This document shows, one piece after another, positions 7,653-16,814 of a DNA stretch of 27,812 nucleotides. Numbering within the stretch: the first letter of the stretch is position 1; each line of letters opens with the position of its first letter. The position numbers were made by a program, and so were the translations under genes. This stretch comes from a bacterium. GTDB taxonomy: Bacteria; Bacteroidota; Ignavibacteria; UBA10030. The notes beneath the pieces were generated by a model. It made no database searches. It was not told where the DNA came from and saw only the letters and a program-made list of their open reading frames with translations. The stretch lies in NCBI GenBank assembly GCA_043803945.1, contig JAZDJN010000117.1, forward strand, positions 1 through 27,812, read 5' to 3'.

Positions 7653-8351
7653 TAATTTGAGAGGAAGTATGTATCGGGTTGCAGGGCTATGATATGCATC
7701 ATCGAGCACGATATACTCTATAGAGACTCCTTTCTCTGTAAGCTTTCTGACCGCTTCATCTGTTTTTTCAATCGGCAGGATAACATCCAGGCGGCCATGG
7801 ATAATATACAATGGAATTTTCCAGTCGACGGAATACACCATCTCAGGCGGTTCGCCTGCGACGATAATCCCGCACGAGAAAATATCCTGATGGTTTCCGG
7901 CTAAATACCAGGTTCCTCTTCCACCCATGCTGTACCCTGTAAGCACGATTTTCTTGGGATATATTTTGTAATCCTTTTTGATGCTATCGATCAACATCAA
8001 CACATATTGCTCGCTGGTTTTATCCATCCAGTTCCCGCCCGCGGGGCAATCGGGTGCAATCATGATCGAGCGCAAACCGCGCAGTGAAGGTTCAACGAAC
8101 ATCTCGAGGAATTCTCTCCCGACATAGGGTTTTGCTTCACCGCTTACCCCATAATGAAGAGCGACAATGAGTGGAAGCGTATCGTTTGCAGAATAATTCT
8201 CCGGCAGCGCAACGGTGTAAAGATATCTTCCTGAAGAAAGCGACTTCTCTACGAACTGGCTTTTATGCTCGGGTTCATTCGCATCTGTAGTGCAAGCAGA
8301 AAATGTCCAGACAGAAAAGAACATAAGGAAAAGAAGAAAAAGCTTTTTCAT
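7614..8351 (-). CDS. Lipoprotein alpha/beta-hydrolase (esterase/predicted peptidase family)
   Basis: MKKLFLLF...FSAC lipoprotein signal, PLIVALH, nucleophile elbow GYSMGG, HGRLD and a C-terminal His. Start moved to ATG 8351. Confidence 0.85.
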   Translation of the reverse strand: MKKLFLLFLMFFSVWTFSACTTDANEPEHKSQFVEKSLSSGRYLYTVALPENYSANDTLPLIVALHYGVSGEAKPYVGREFLEMFVEPSLRGLRSIMIAPDCPAGGNWMDKTSEQYVLMLIDSIKKDYKIYPKKIVLTGYSMGGRGTWYLAGNHQDIFSCGIIVAGEPPEMVYSVDWKIPLYIIHGRLDVILPIEKTDEAVRKLTEKGVSIEYIVLDDAYHSPATRYILPLKLSISWIVGAWGKG

Positions 8352-8474
8352 GATCACACGCCTTTTGCAGCTAATAGACAAGGAGGAATGGGAATCGATT
8401 ACCTCAACTGATTGCACGAAAGGTAGCTCCCTGGATCATTTCTTCATAGATCTTTGTGATGAATAGGCTGCCAA

Positions 8475-9122
8475 TTATTCTAAAGAGTTCAACAAGTTTG
8501 GCGTGATGTCATTAATACTTTTCAGTATTTTCGCAGCACCAGGGAAGAGACTTCGCTTTGTCAGTTCAGTCGGAATGATCAGACAACGCAGCCCCGCGCG
8601 TTGAGCTGCGATGAGTCCGCGTTCAGAGTCCTCTACGGCGATACACTCATCCTTGCTCAATCCGACCCGCTCTATCGCGAGAATGTACCCTTCAGGGTCC
8701 GGTTTCACCTTTCCATAATCATCCGAAGTGAGAACAAAATCGAAATAGCGTTTCAGTCCGGTTGTTTGGTGAATGATCTCAAAATGATCACGATGCGAGC
8801 TCGTGACGACGGCCATTGTATATGTTCCATGCAATGCGCTTAACACAGTTTCTACTCCATTGATGATGATAGGCTCTTCACGAAGATACCGGGCATAGAG
8901 AGTTCCGCGTGCCTGCCGCATTGCCTCGATTTCAGTTTCGGAATACCCCTTCTCGGCCACCAGGTGCCAGGCTCCCCGGGCTTGCACAAGAAAAAGTTCA
9001 TAGAACAGATCGAAGGTCAAATCGATACCTGCCCCTGCAAAAATTTCCTTTGTTGCTCTGTAATAGAGATGTTCGGTATCGACCAGAATTCCGTCGTTGT
9101 CCCAAAAGATCGCTTTGACCAT
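8475..9122 (-). CDS. HAD-superfamily phosphatase (beta-PGM/CbbY-like subfamily IA)
   Basis: Motif I WDNDGILVDTE, VTSS, KPDPEGY and VEDSERG. Confidence 0.9.
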   Translation of the reverse strand: MVKAIFWDNDGILVDTEHLYYRATKEIFAGAGIDLTFDLFYELFLVQARGAWHLVAEKGYSETEIEAMRQARGTLYARYLREEPIIINGVETVLSALHGTYTMAVVTSSHRDHFEIIHQTTGLKRYFDFVLTSDDYGKVKPDPEGYILAIERVGLSKDECIAVEDSERGLIAAQRAGLRCLIIPTELTKRSLFPGAAKILKSINDITPNLLNSLE

Positions 9123-9138
9123 GATTTACTCTATTCTT

Positions 9139-9228
9139 AAAAGTCCGACTTTTACAAAAGGTATCGACTCGCTATTTGTAAAAGTCTGACTTTTTCATGT
9201 AGGTGTCTCTGCGAAAAGTCAGACTTTT
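9139..9228. repeat. Three copies of the 15-bp palindrome AAAAGTCNGACTTTT
   Basis: Copies at 9139-9153, 9180-9194 and 9214-9228. The first two extend into a 20-bp inverted repeat (AAAAGTCCGACTTTTACAAA / TTTGTAAAAGTCTGACTTTT). Confidence 0.85.
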
Positions 9229-9237
9229 CTCCTTCTT

Positions 9238-10398
9238 TTATTGAGCCTTCATCCGTAATCGTTGAAAGAGCCAGACCCCCAGCAAGAAATAAGTAACCGA
9301 TAAGACGGTCAATGCTACGAGTTCATAGAGCACATCGCCGAGGCCCGCTCCGAGGGTCAGAACTTTATTGATTGCCACAACGGCATGTGTTGGTGGTAGA
9401 ATCTCAAAGAGATTGATCGCCCGGCCACCGACCATGAACAGGTTCACCGGTGGGAGCGGAAACATTGCACCGGTAAAGATCATCAGGAATACGAGCGGAA
9501 TATTGGCGAAGATAAATGCATCGGAAACAGACTTTGAGAAACATGCGATCAACAATCCGACGCCAATGACTCCAAATGAGGTGACCACGCCAAGCAGCAT
9601 CGCGATCCACAATGAACCGGCACTTCGAAAACCAAATGCAACGGCAGTATAGAACGTCAGTACCACCGTGAGGATGCTGATCAGCACTTGTGTAAGGCTG
9701 ATGCCGCCCAGAATATCAAACGATGTGCATTGCGAAAGTTGGAGGCGACGCAGAGTACCCGATTCGACCTCACGGGCAACAGTCATTGCTGTTTGAAACA
9801 GCATGAGGACAATTGCGAGAATGAGCAATGGAGGCACGTAGAGCTCGAACTCTGTGCGGGTTGCCGATGATCCCAGCGGTTCTTCAATCATCTGCACCGG
9901 TAGTTTCACTCCGCACACCTGTTTGATGTAGTCATCAAGTGCAGCACTCGAAAGCACTGCCGCTACGGCATAATAGGGATTCGAGAGATCGCCGACAATA
10001 ACAAGACGCGATACAATGGAAGTATCACGAGACTGGAGAGCTTCTGAAAACGTCGGCGGAATAATCAGGAGTGTTGAAGCGACGCGGTCCTTGAGCTTTG
10101 CCTCTGCTTCCACTCTTTCAGTAACTGGAATGATGCGAAGAATTTGCTGACCGTCGGGATAGGATATCTTACTAAGCGATGCAATTGCACCGTTACTGTA
10201 GCGCCGGATTGAATTATCACTTTGGCGTATACCCCGATCTTCGTTCAACAACAGCACACCATATGTCGTCGAACCTCCACCCAAGAAGAGCCAATAGGCA
10301 AACACAAACAGCGGGGCAAAGGAAATAATGATGGCGAGAGTCCACCCGCTGCGAAGCTGTTCCTTCATACTCTTAAGGAAGATACTCCAGAGTCTCAT
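9238..10398 (-). CDS. ABC-2 type exporter permease
   Basis: One N-terminal TM helix, a large extracytoplasmic loop and five C-terminal TM helices. Contains AREVESGTLRRL and GAMFP. ATGA overlap with the ATPase gene. Confidence 0.9.
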   Translation of the reverse strand: MRLWSIFLKSMKEQLRSGWTLAIIISFAPLFVFAYWLFLGGGSTTYGVLLLNEDRGIRQSDNSIRRYSNGAIASLSKISYPDGQQILRIIPVTERVEAEAKLKDRVASTLLIIPPTFSEALQSRDTSIVSRLVIVGDLSNPYYAVAAVLSSAALDDYIKQVCGVKLPVQMIEEPLGSSATRTEFELYVPPLLILAIVLMLFQTAMTVAREVESGTLRRLQLSQCTSFDILGGISLTQVLISILTVVLTFYTAVAFGFRSAGSLWIAMLLGVVTSFGVIGVGLLIACFSKSVSDAFIFANIPLVFLMIFTGAMFPLPPVNLFMVGGRAINLFEILPPTHAVVAINKVLTLGAGLGDVLYELVALTVLSVTYFLLGVWLFQRLRMKAQ

Positions 10399-11399
10399 TC
10401 CCGAAGCCTCCTTCCTGTCAGTGTAATGAAGACATCTTCTAGTGAATTCTCCCGCAATCGGATTTCACCCGTTTGGAATCCAGCGGTCTTTAATCGTTCC
10501 ATTATTGATGGAAGCAGTTCTGCCGCCCATCGGGCTCTGATGATGAGAATGTGGTTTGAGAGAGAGACTTGAGAAGCGAGCGGCTTGATGGTTTCAAGAA
10601 CCGTTTCCAACGCAATTCCCTCGCGCGGGAAGACTTCAATTTCCAGGACATCACCCTCGCCAATCGATCGCTTGAGTTGGGCGGGTGTATCCAATTTGAG
10701 CAAGCGGCCATGATCAATAATGGCGACACGATCGGCAACGCGGTCGGCTTCATCCATATTGTGTGTTGTGAGGATGATTGTCTTTTTCCCTGCAAGCGAC
10801 TGAAGATACTCGCGAACGAGGACACGGCTTTGGGGATCCAATCCCGCTTCCGGTTCATCGAGCACAACAATCTCTGGATTGTGCACCAGTGCCATTATGA
10901 GATTCAACCGCCGCTGCATACCGCCGGAGAGTGTCTTTGCCAATTTATTGCGCTTCGCCTCAAGCCCTATCAAGGCCAGGAGTTCATTTCCCCTTTGACG
11001 TGCAACGGCTCCCGGTACGCCATACATGGTGCCGATAAATTCAAGCTGCTCGAGGCATGTCAACATTCCCCAGAGTACGATCTGTTGAGGGCAGAAACCA
11101 ATGCGAGTGCGGAGCGTACGATCACGTGAATCGATTTTTTGTTGATGGATCCACACTTCACCAGAATCGGCTTTTAATAAGCCGCAGATCATCCCGATGG
11201 ACGTGGTTTTGCCAGCGCCATTCGGCCCGAGAAATCCAAACACTTCGCCCTGCACAATCTCAAGACTCAGGTTATCCACGGCAAGTGTATCACCAAACCG
11301 CTTGGTGAGTTGGTTGGTGTGAAGAACTGCCTGAGTTGGTTCGGTACTATCCATATTCTTTTTTATTTGATGGCGGTGATCAGATGCCATACTCCTCAT
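10395..11399 (-). CDS. ABC exporter ATP-binding protein (DrrA-like)
   Basis: Walker A GPNGAGKT, signature LSGGMQRR, Walker B VVLDEP, TTH switch and SLEDVFITLTG tail. The true start may be 11390 or 11354. Confidence 0.93.
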   Translation of the reverse strand: MRSMASDHRHQIKKNMDSTEPTQAVLHTNQLTKRFGDTLAVDNLSLEIVQGEVFGFLGPNGAGKTTSIGMICGLLKADSGEVWIHQQKIDSRDRTLRTRIGFCPQQIVLWGMLTCLEQLEFIGTMYGVPGAVARQRGNELLALIGLEAKRNKLAKTLSGGMQRRLNLIMALVHNPEIVVLDEPEAGLDPQSRVLVREYLQSLAGKKTIILTTHNMDEADRVADRVAIIDHGRLLKLDTPAQLKRSIGEGDVLEIEVFPREGIALETVLETIKPLASQVSLSNHILIIRARWAAELLPSIMERLKTAGFQTGEIRLRENSLEDVFITLTGRRLRE

Positions 11400-11445
11400 T
11401 TATTTACACTTAAAAGAATATAGCCTCAAAAGACATGCTTATCGT

Positions 11446-12426
11446 TTAATGTACATATTTTAAAATTTCTCCCTTTGACGTAAACGCCCATCCATTCCGT
11501 CGATCGATGAATGAGAGGTCAACGAGAAAGGTATCACCGGAAATCTGATACTGTTCGCTCCAATCTTTACCGCCATTGGAGGTGGAGAATATTCGTTGCG
11601 ATCCGATTGCCCACCCTGCATTATGATCAAGAAATACAAGCGACAGAATCCAATCGGTCGGGATGATTGCTAGCAGGTTCCATGATTTTCCGCCATCGTC
11701 CGTCCGGAAGAGCGGTGTTCCTGTTTCTCTCATTGAACTTGCTAAAATATTTGTGCTAATCCATCCTGTTTGATCATCGATGAACTCTACATCGTCAAAG
11801 ATAGCAGGAGAGGGATAATCGATCTTTTGTTGCTGCCAGTGCATACCCTCATCGGATGTGACAAGGACAATCCTGTTCGTAGCAACAGCGATGCATTTAG
11901 ATCGGCTCAATGCCTTGACACCTGTAATTGCCCAGGGAATGCCGCTCTGCTGCTGCTTCCATGTGTCACCGCCATCGGTTGTATGAAGGATTTCACCGTA
12001 GTTTGTCGATGCCCATCCTGTGAACGGATTGGAAAATGAAACGTCCATAATCAGACGATTATTGGCGACAGGGAGGTTTTGCTTTTTCCAGATCAAACCA
12101 CCATTGGTAGTCCATAGAATCGTTGCGCTGTCTCCCGTTATCCATCCACTCTCGTCATCCAGCATTGACAGAGCGTGCAATCTAGTCAACACTCCGCTAT
12201 TTTGCGGCTTCCAGGTTATTCCACCATCTGTTGTATGAAGAATTCTTCCTTCAGATCCGATAATCCACCCGTTCAAACCATCAACAAACTGAAGAGCGTT
12301 GTATGTGCCTTTATCGAGTTTGGTCAACAGGTTCCACATTCCTTCTTGAGAATTTGTTGAAAGGTCACACGAAGAACACAGAAAGACTATGAGCAAAAAG
12401 GAAAAATGATATCGTTGCGTCAGCAT
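11446..12426 (-). CDS. YCF48-like BNR beta-propeller lipoprotein
   Basis: Repeated F-x-D-x3-GW...ILHTTDGGxTW blades and lipobox-like LCSSC. Start placed at ATG 12426. Confidence 0.8.
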   Translation of the reverse strand: MLTQRYHFSFLLIVFLCSSCDLSTNSQEGMWNLLTKLDKGTYNALQFVDGLNGWIIGSEGRILHTTDGGITWKPQNSGVLTRLHALSMLDDESGWITGDSATILWTTNGGLIWKKQNLPVANNRLIMDVSFSNPFTGWASTNYGEILHTTDGGDTWKQQQSGIPWAITGVKALSRSKCIAVATNRIVLVTSDEGMHWQQQKIDYPSPAIFDDVEFIDDQTGWISTNILASSMRETGTPLFRTDDGGKSWNLLAIIPTDWILSLVFLDHNAGWAIGSQRIFSTSNGGKDWSEQYQISGDTFLVDLSFIDRRNGWAFTSKGEILKYVH

Positions 12427-12487
12427 CTCTCTTCTTTCTTCCGGCAACAGATCATAGTGGTACGATGGATGATCGATCAAATAGTAT

Positions 12488-13270
12488 CTACAATTTCTTC
12501 ACTCTTTTTTCAATCTTCTTTCGGAGTTTCTCATACGGCGGCGGCGGACCTGTGCGCACTTCTTTGGCATCGATGAAGAGTGCATCGGTTCTTCCCCACT
12601 CGAGAACATTCTCCCGATGAAGCGTATCGATTTCGTTGAAAGCCACCTTCTCTCCAAATGTAGCTGCCGCCCGTTTGGCTCGCTCGTGAACGAGGTTCAT
12701 CGCCGGGCACCAGCCATTGATGAATGATGTGATCGTTACATGTTCTGGAACTGCTTGCGGAGTTTTCTTCGGCTTCATCCACATCGGTGGAACGGCATCT
12801 TCGGAAAACGATTTCCAGAGGAGCACAGAAATTCCAAGACGATCAGCTTTTTTATATCCATGCCGCCGGAACCAGCTTGCCTTCATCCAGAATGGCAGCG
12901 CCAATCCCCAGGCAACAATTCCTTTCCGCCCCATCGACCGAACATCGTCTTCCGCCGCTTGCAGCAGTGACTTCCCCAATCCCTTCTTTTGAAAATTTCC
13001 ACGCCCTGTTTTATATCCATGCACCCAGATACAATGGATCACGTACAGGTCGCTCCCCTGAACGAAGGAGTGTTCAATCGGAAGATACTGAATCATTCCC
13101 CCGACCTCGCCATTGTCATCCAGGGCGAGTTTGACACGAAGCCCTTTTTCTTTCATTGCCGCATGCCAGCATTTCTTATGATCGCCGGCTTCTTTGATTT
13201 CATCCGACCAATCTTCCAGACAAACATGGTAGAGATGGTCATATTCCGGTGTAAGGTCGATGATGCGCAT
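12488..13270 (-). CDS. GNAT acetyltransferase (YoaP-like) with thioredoxin-like C-terminal domain
   Basis: Acetyl-CoA motif FQKKGLGKSLL, IHCIWV and a C-terminal NGWCP motif. Confidence 0.8.
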   Translation of the reverse strand: MRIIDLTPEYDHLYHVCLEDWSDEIKEAGDHKKCWHAAMKEKGLRVKLALDDNGEVGGMIQYLPIEHSFVQGSDLYVIHCIWVHGYKTGRGNFQKKGLGKSLLQAAEDDVRSMGRKGIVAWGLALPFWMKASWFRRHGYKKADRLGISVLLWKSFSEDAVPPMWMKPKKTPQAVPEHVTITSFINGWCPAMNLVHERAKRAAATFGEKVAFNEIDTLHRENVLEWGRTDALFIDAKEVRTGPPPPYEKLRKKIEKRVKKL

Positions 13271-13338
13271 TTTGTTTCTCTTAGATTGATGGAAGTATAA
13301 TTGTCTGTGTGCTCTGGTTCAAGGGTTATGGGATGAGC

Positions 13339-13387
13339 TTACAAGTTACAGGTTATGGGTCACGGGTTACAGGTTTCAAGTTAGAAA
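13339..13387 (+). repeat. Degenerate 7-mer tandem array (TTACAGG-like x7)
   Basis: TTACAAG TTACAGG TTATGGG TCACGGG TTACAGG TTTCAAG TTAGAAA. Confidence 0.75.
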
Positions 13388-13441
13388 GTCCGAGCTATGA
13401 ATTTGAATGTTGATCAATAGAAAATATTCTCTACCCTCTCG

Positions 13442-14017
13442 TCATTTCATCCCCAATTTCATTCTCCGGGCAAGCAGGGAAATTGCTTCCTTCATCCTTT
13501 TACACTGCGTCTCTTCTTTCTTTGCTGACATAATCCATCCGAGATACATGGTTTTCTGGGATAGAGAAAGTCCATTGAAAAATTCAAATGCCTGTTTATG
13601 GGATTCAAGAAGTCTCTGCAAGACAGGTGCCAAGGTATGCTTGATTCTGCTGGCAGGTATGTTGTTCCAGCTTCCATCTTCTTTTGCCTGCTGGACCAGA
13701 GCCAAACCAGCCTGTGCCATTCGGCCTTCCTTGATCAATAATTGAACTCTGCGCTTGTTGGATTCACTCCAGACACTGCCCTTCCTTCGAGGAGTAAATT
13801 TATAAACATACCGATCATCGTCAAGTCGCTGCTTGATGGAATCTATCCACCCAAAACAGAGCGCCTCTTCCACCGATTCATTATACGAGATAGTTGGCAT
13901 CTGCGTATGCTTTTTATAGAACACAAGCCAGATTTCCATCTCGCTGCGATGATGCTTTTGCAGCCACTTGCGCCATGCGGCACGTGTCGGCACATTGAGA
14001 GTTTTCTCTGTGATCAT
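13442..14017 (-). CDS. YdeI/OmpD-associated (bacteriocin-protection-like) family protein
   Basis: WRKWLQKHH...WLVFYKK...VEEALCFGWIDS...FTPRRKGSVWSESNK and WIMSAKKEET. Confidence 0.88.
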   Translation of the reverse strand: MITEKTLNVPTRAAWRKWLQKHHRSEMEIWLVFYKKHTQMPTISYNESVEEALCFGWIDSIKQRLDDDRYVYKFTPRRKGSVWSESNKRRVQLLIKEGRMAQAGLALVQQAKEDGSWNNIPASRIKHTLAPVLQRLLESHKQAFEFFNGLSLSQKTMYLGWIMSAKKEETQCKRMKEAISLLARRMKLGMK

Positions 14018-14051
14018 TTTTATCTTTCCATTGATTCACTTATTCTTTTGT

Positions 14052-14156
14052 AATCACCATTCGCAAATCGTCAATCGACAATCGACAATCACACCTACTC
14101 TCTCATCCTCTTACTCTCTTACCCTCTTACTCTCTTACCCTCTTACTCTCTCATCA
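14052..14156 (+). repeat. Adjacent 7-mer (AATCGAC-like x6) and 8-mer (TCTTACYC-like x8) tandem arrays
   Basis: 14052-14093: AATCACC ATTCGCA AATCGTC AATCGAC AATCGAC AATCACA. 14093-14156: ACCTACTC TCTCATCC (TCTTACTC TCTTACCC)x2 TCTTACTC TCTCATCA. Confidence 0.85.
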
Positions 14157-16551
14157 CCCCCATCACAACATTCACTTCATGCATAGAGCCGCTTGGCTGC
14201 GGAGGAATCGGAAACCGAATCTCTTTCCCATCCATGGTCACGCTCCTAATTCCTTTCTCAACTCCTTCAGGATTTGTTACAGTAATCCTAAACGCTGCTC
14301 CCCGCCATTTCCGAACAATCTGAAACTTTTTCCAACCCGAAGGAATGCATGGATCCACAACGAGTCCATCGAACTCTATCCGCACACCAAGAATCCACCG
14401 GGTTGCAGCAATGTAGTTCCAGCCGGCACTTCCTGTCAGCCATGGATGCCGGGCACGACCGAACGCCGTGTGGTCTTTGCCCATAATAAATTGACAATAG
14501 GAATAAGGCTCTGCTTCACGAATCTCGATCATGTCATTCTGATTATATGGAAGCATGGCGTTATAGTATTCCATTGCTCGTGAACCCCGGCCAAGTTTAC
14601 ATTCGGCAATCATCGCCCAGGGATTCGGGTGACTGAAGATCGCTCCGTTTTCTTTTATCCCTTTATACACGCGTGTGATATATCCGATATCATCGTTGGG
14701 AGATGAGAAGGAGGGCCAGACCAGATGAATTCCATATTTCGAAAAAAGATGTTCATAGACGGCATCCATACACTTCGTGCCCCGTTCATTTGAAACGGCG
14801 CCGGACATCACAGCCCAGCTATTGCTTTCAAGGAAAATCTTTCCTTCCTCATTGGTGTGTGAACCGATTTTGATTCCTTTTTTTGTTATGCCGCGGATAT
14901 ACCATTGCCCATCCCACAATTCACGATCGCACGCTTCACGCACTTTCTCTGCCATTTCTGAATAGCGTTTTACATCGTCTGTTCGATGCAGAGTTCGGGC
15001 TGCCTCGACAAAGGCAGACAACGCCCAGTAGTGCATGAAAGACACCATCGCACTCTCGCCGCCGTCGAGATTCAGGCAATCGTTCCAATCGGCGCGTAGT
15101 CCTTTGCAGATGCCGGTCTGCCCGACCTGTTCGGCAGAAAAATCTAATGCGCGCTTCATATGCTCATAGACGGTCGCCTCGCCTTCATCCGCAAATGGCA
15201 CAAGTTGATTGAAGAATTGTAGATCACCCGTTTCTTTCACTAGTTCACAAATAGATACCACGATCCACAAGGCATCGTCCGAACAGACATCGGCAAGTCC
15301 GTGAATGATATCCTGCGCACTGGGTGTCGGCACAACAGTCGGGAGTTTTACTCCGGGGAGCTTTTCCTCTTTGGGTTTGAAGACTTCGGGATCAAACAGA
15401 TGGAGACCATAACCCGCACTGACTTGTCCATGCAACAGCTCGAGGATTCGCTCCTCACACTTCTCGGGATTTGTATGAACAACCGCCATGACATCCTGTG
15501 ATGTATCACGATACCCGAGCCCGGTCCGTCCCCCCACCTCGATAAACGATGCAAACCGCGACCAGACAACACAGGTCTCTGCCTGAAGAAGTGTCCATGT
15601 GTTGATCATACTGTTCAGGCCCTGATTGGGGGTTGTGCATTGAAGGACAGAAGTTTTTTTCTTCCAGTATTCCTTCAACTCCTGAAACGCGTGATCGACG
15701 ACAGCAGGATCTGAGTACCGGCGGCGGATTTCTTTTGCTACTGAACGATTTCCGACACCCAGTATAAAGAAAAGCCGATTCTCTTCTCCAGGTGCAAGTG
15801 TCAGCTTCTTGTGCAGGGCACCACAGTGGTTACCGCCAAGCTCAGTACTATTGCTGCATTCCCCTCGTTCAACGGCAACCGGATTCGACTCAGTCCGATA
15901 GTTTCCCAGGAATTTATCGCGGACACAATTGTAACCGTCCGGTTCAACGCTCGATGTGAAGTAATGATAGGTCCAGGGTTCATAGAAGAAATCGTATTCG
16001 ATGATGCCATCGGAATAATTTGATCCGGCAGCATACAAGGACATCTGCAGGTTCTGGCTATCAATTTCAATATGATGGAATGAAAACTCGACGTACGCGA
16101 AGAGGCTCAGTTGGCGCGGCCTTGTGCTGTGGTTCACAAGGTGAACATCCCATACTTCAACATCGTCGTTGAGAGGGATGAACAGAAGTTGTTCTGCTTC
16201 AATTTCCTTATAGGCGCAGCGGAATTTGGAGTAGGATAAACCATGGCGGCATTCGTACTGTGCGGTTGTTAGATCTTTTCCCACCGGCTGCCACGATACC
16301 GACCAGTATTCACCTGTTTCATCATCGCGGATATAAAGGTAATGGCCAGGCCGATCGAGCGGAACACCATTCTGCCTGAACCGTGTGATACGATGATGCT
16401 CTGCGGTTTTATAAAACGAATAGCCTCCGGCATTGTGGGAGATGACAGTACAAAGATTGTTCACACCGAGGTAGTTTGTCCAGGAAACTGGAACATCGGG
16501 ACGGTCAATGACATATTCTCGATTCACATCGTCAAAATAGCCATAGCGCAT
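14143..16551 (-). CDS. chbP: GH94 glycoside phosphorylase, most like N,N'-diacetylchitobiose phosphorylase
   Basis: MRYGYFDDVNREYVIDRPDVP..WTNYLG, SRFASFIEVGGRTGLGYRDTSQD, catalytic ADWNDCLNL, KENGAIFSHPNPW and HPWLTGSAGW match my recollection of the Vibrio ChbP subtype. Start moved to ATG 16551. Confidence 0.82.
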   Translation of the reverse strand: MRYGYFDDVNREYVIDRPDVPVSWTNYLGVNNLCTVISHNAGGYSFYKTAEHHRITRFRQNGVPLDRPGHYLYIRDDETGEYWSVSWQPVGKDLTTAQYECRHGLSYSKFRCAYKEIEAEQLLFIPLNDDVEVWDVHLVNHSTRPRQLSLFAYVEFSFHHIEIDSQNLQMSLYAAGSNYSDGIIEYDFFYEPWTYHYFTSSVEPDGYNCVRDKFLGNYRTESNPVAVERGECSNSTELGGNHCGALHKKLTLAPGEENRLFFILGVGNRSVAKEIRRRYSDPAVVDHAFQELKEYWKKKTSVLQCTTPNQGLNSMINTWTLLQAETCVVWSRFASFIEVGGRTGLGYRDTSQDVMAVVHTNPEKCEERILELLHGQVSAGYGLHLFDPEVFKPKEEKLPGVKLPTVVPTPSAQDIIHGLADVCSDDALWIVVSICELVKETGDLQFFNQLVPFADEGEATVYEHMKRALDFSAEQVGQTGICKGLRADWNDCLNLDGGESAMVSFMHYWALSAFVEAARTLHRTDDVKRYSEMAEKVREACDRELWDGQWYIRGITKKGIKIGSHTNEEGKIFLESNSWAVMSGAVSNERGTKCMDAVYEHLFSKYGIHLVWPSFSSPNDDIGYITRVYKGIKENGAIFSHPNPWAMIAECKLGRGSRAMEYYNAMLPYNQNDMIEIREAEPYSYCQFIMGKDHTAFGRARHPWLTGSAGWNYIAATRWILGVRIEFDGLVVDPCIPSGWKKFQIVRKWRGAAFRITVTNPEGVEKGIRSVTMDGKEIRFPIPPQPSGSMHEVNVVMGVMRE

Positions 16552-16814
16552 GAGAAATTCCTTCAAACAGAATTACCGTTTTTAGTGGTATCCGGCCATA
16601 AGCGCTTATGAAGTGTGGTAGAACTTTCGGACTCGTTGAATAATGGTACTCATCATTACTGTGGAATTCAATACAACACAGATATCTTTACTTTTAGTTT
16701 TCAAATTATCAAATTCTATAAGCTCAATTGAATACGAGGCTACATGCGGCAAGAATATTCTATCACTTCATAACCCATTCTGTCATTGCTTAATATTTCA
16801 GAGAAGGTAAATCT

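Noticed and set aside
9139-9228. Three repeats with unique spacers as a mini-CRISPR
   Set aside because: Repeats are only 15 bp, spacers are 26 and 19 nt and partly self-complementary, and no cas genes or leader are present.
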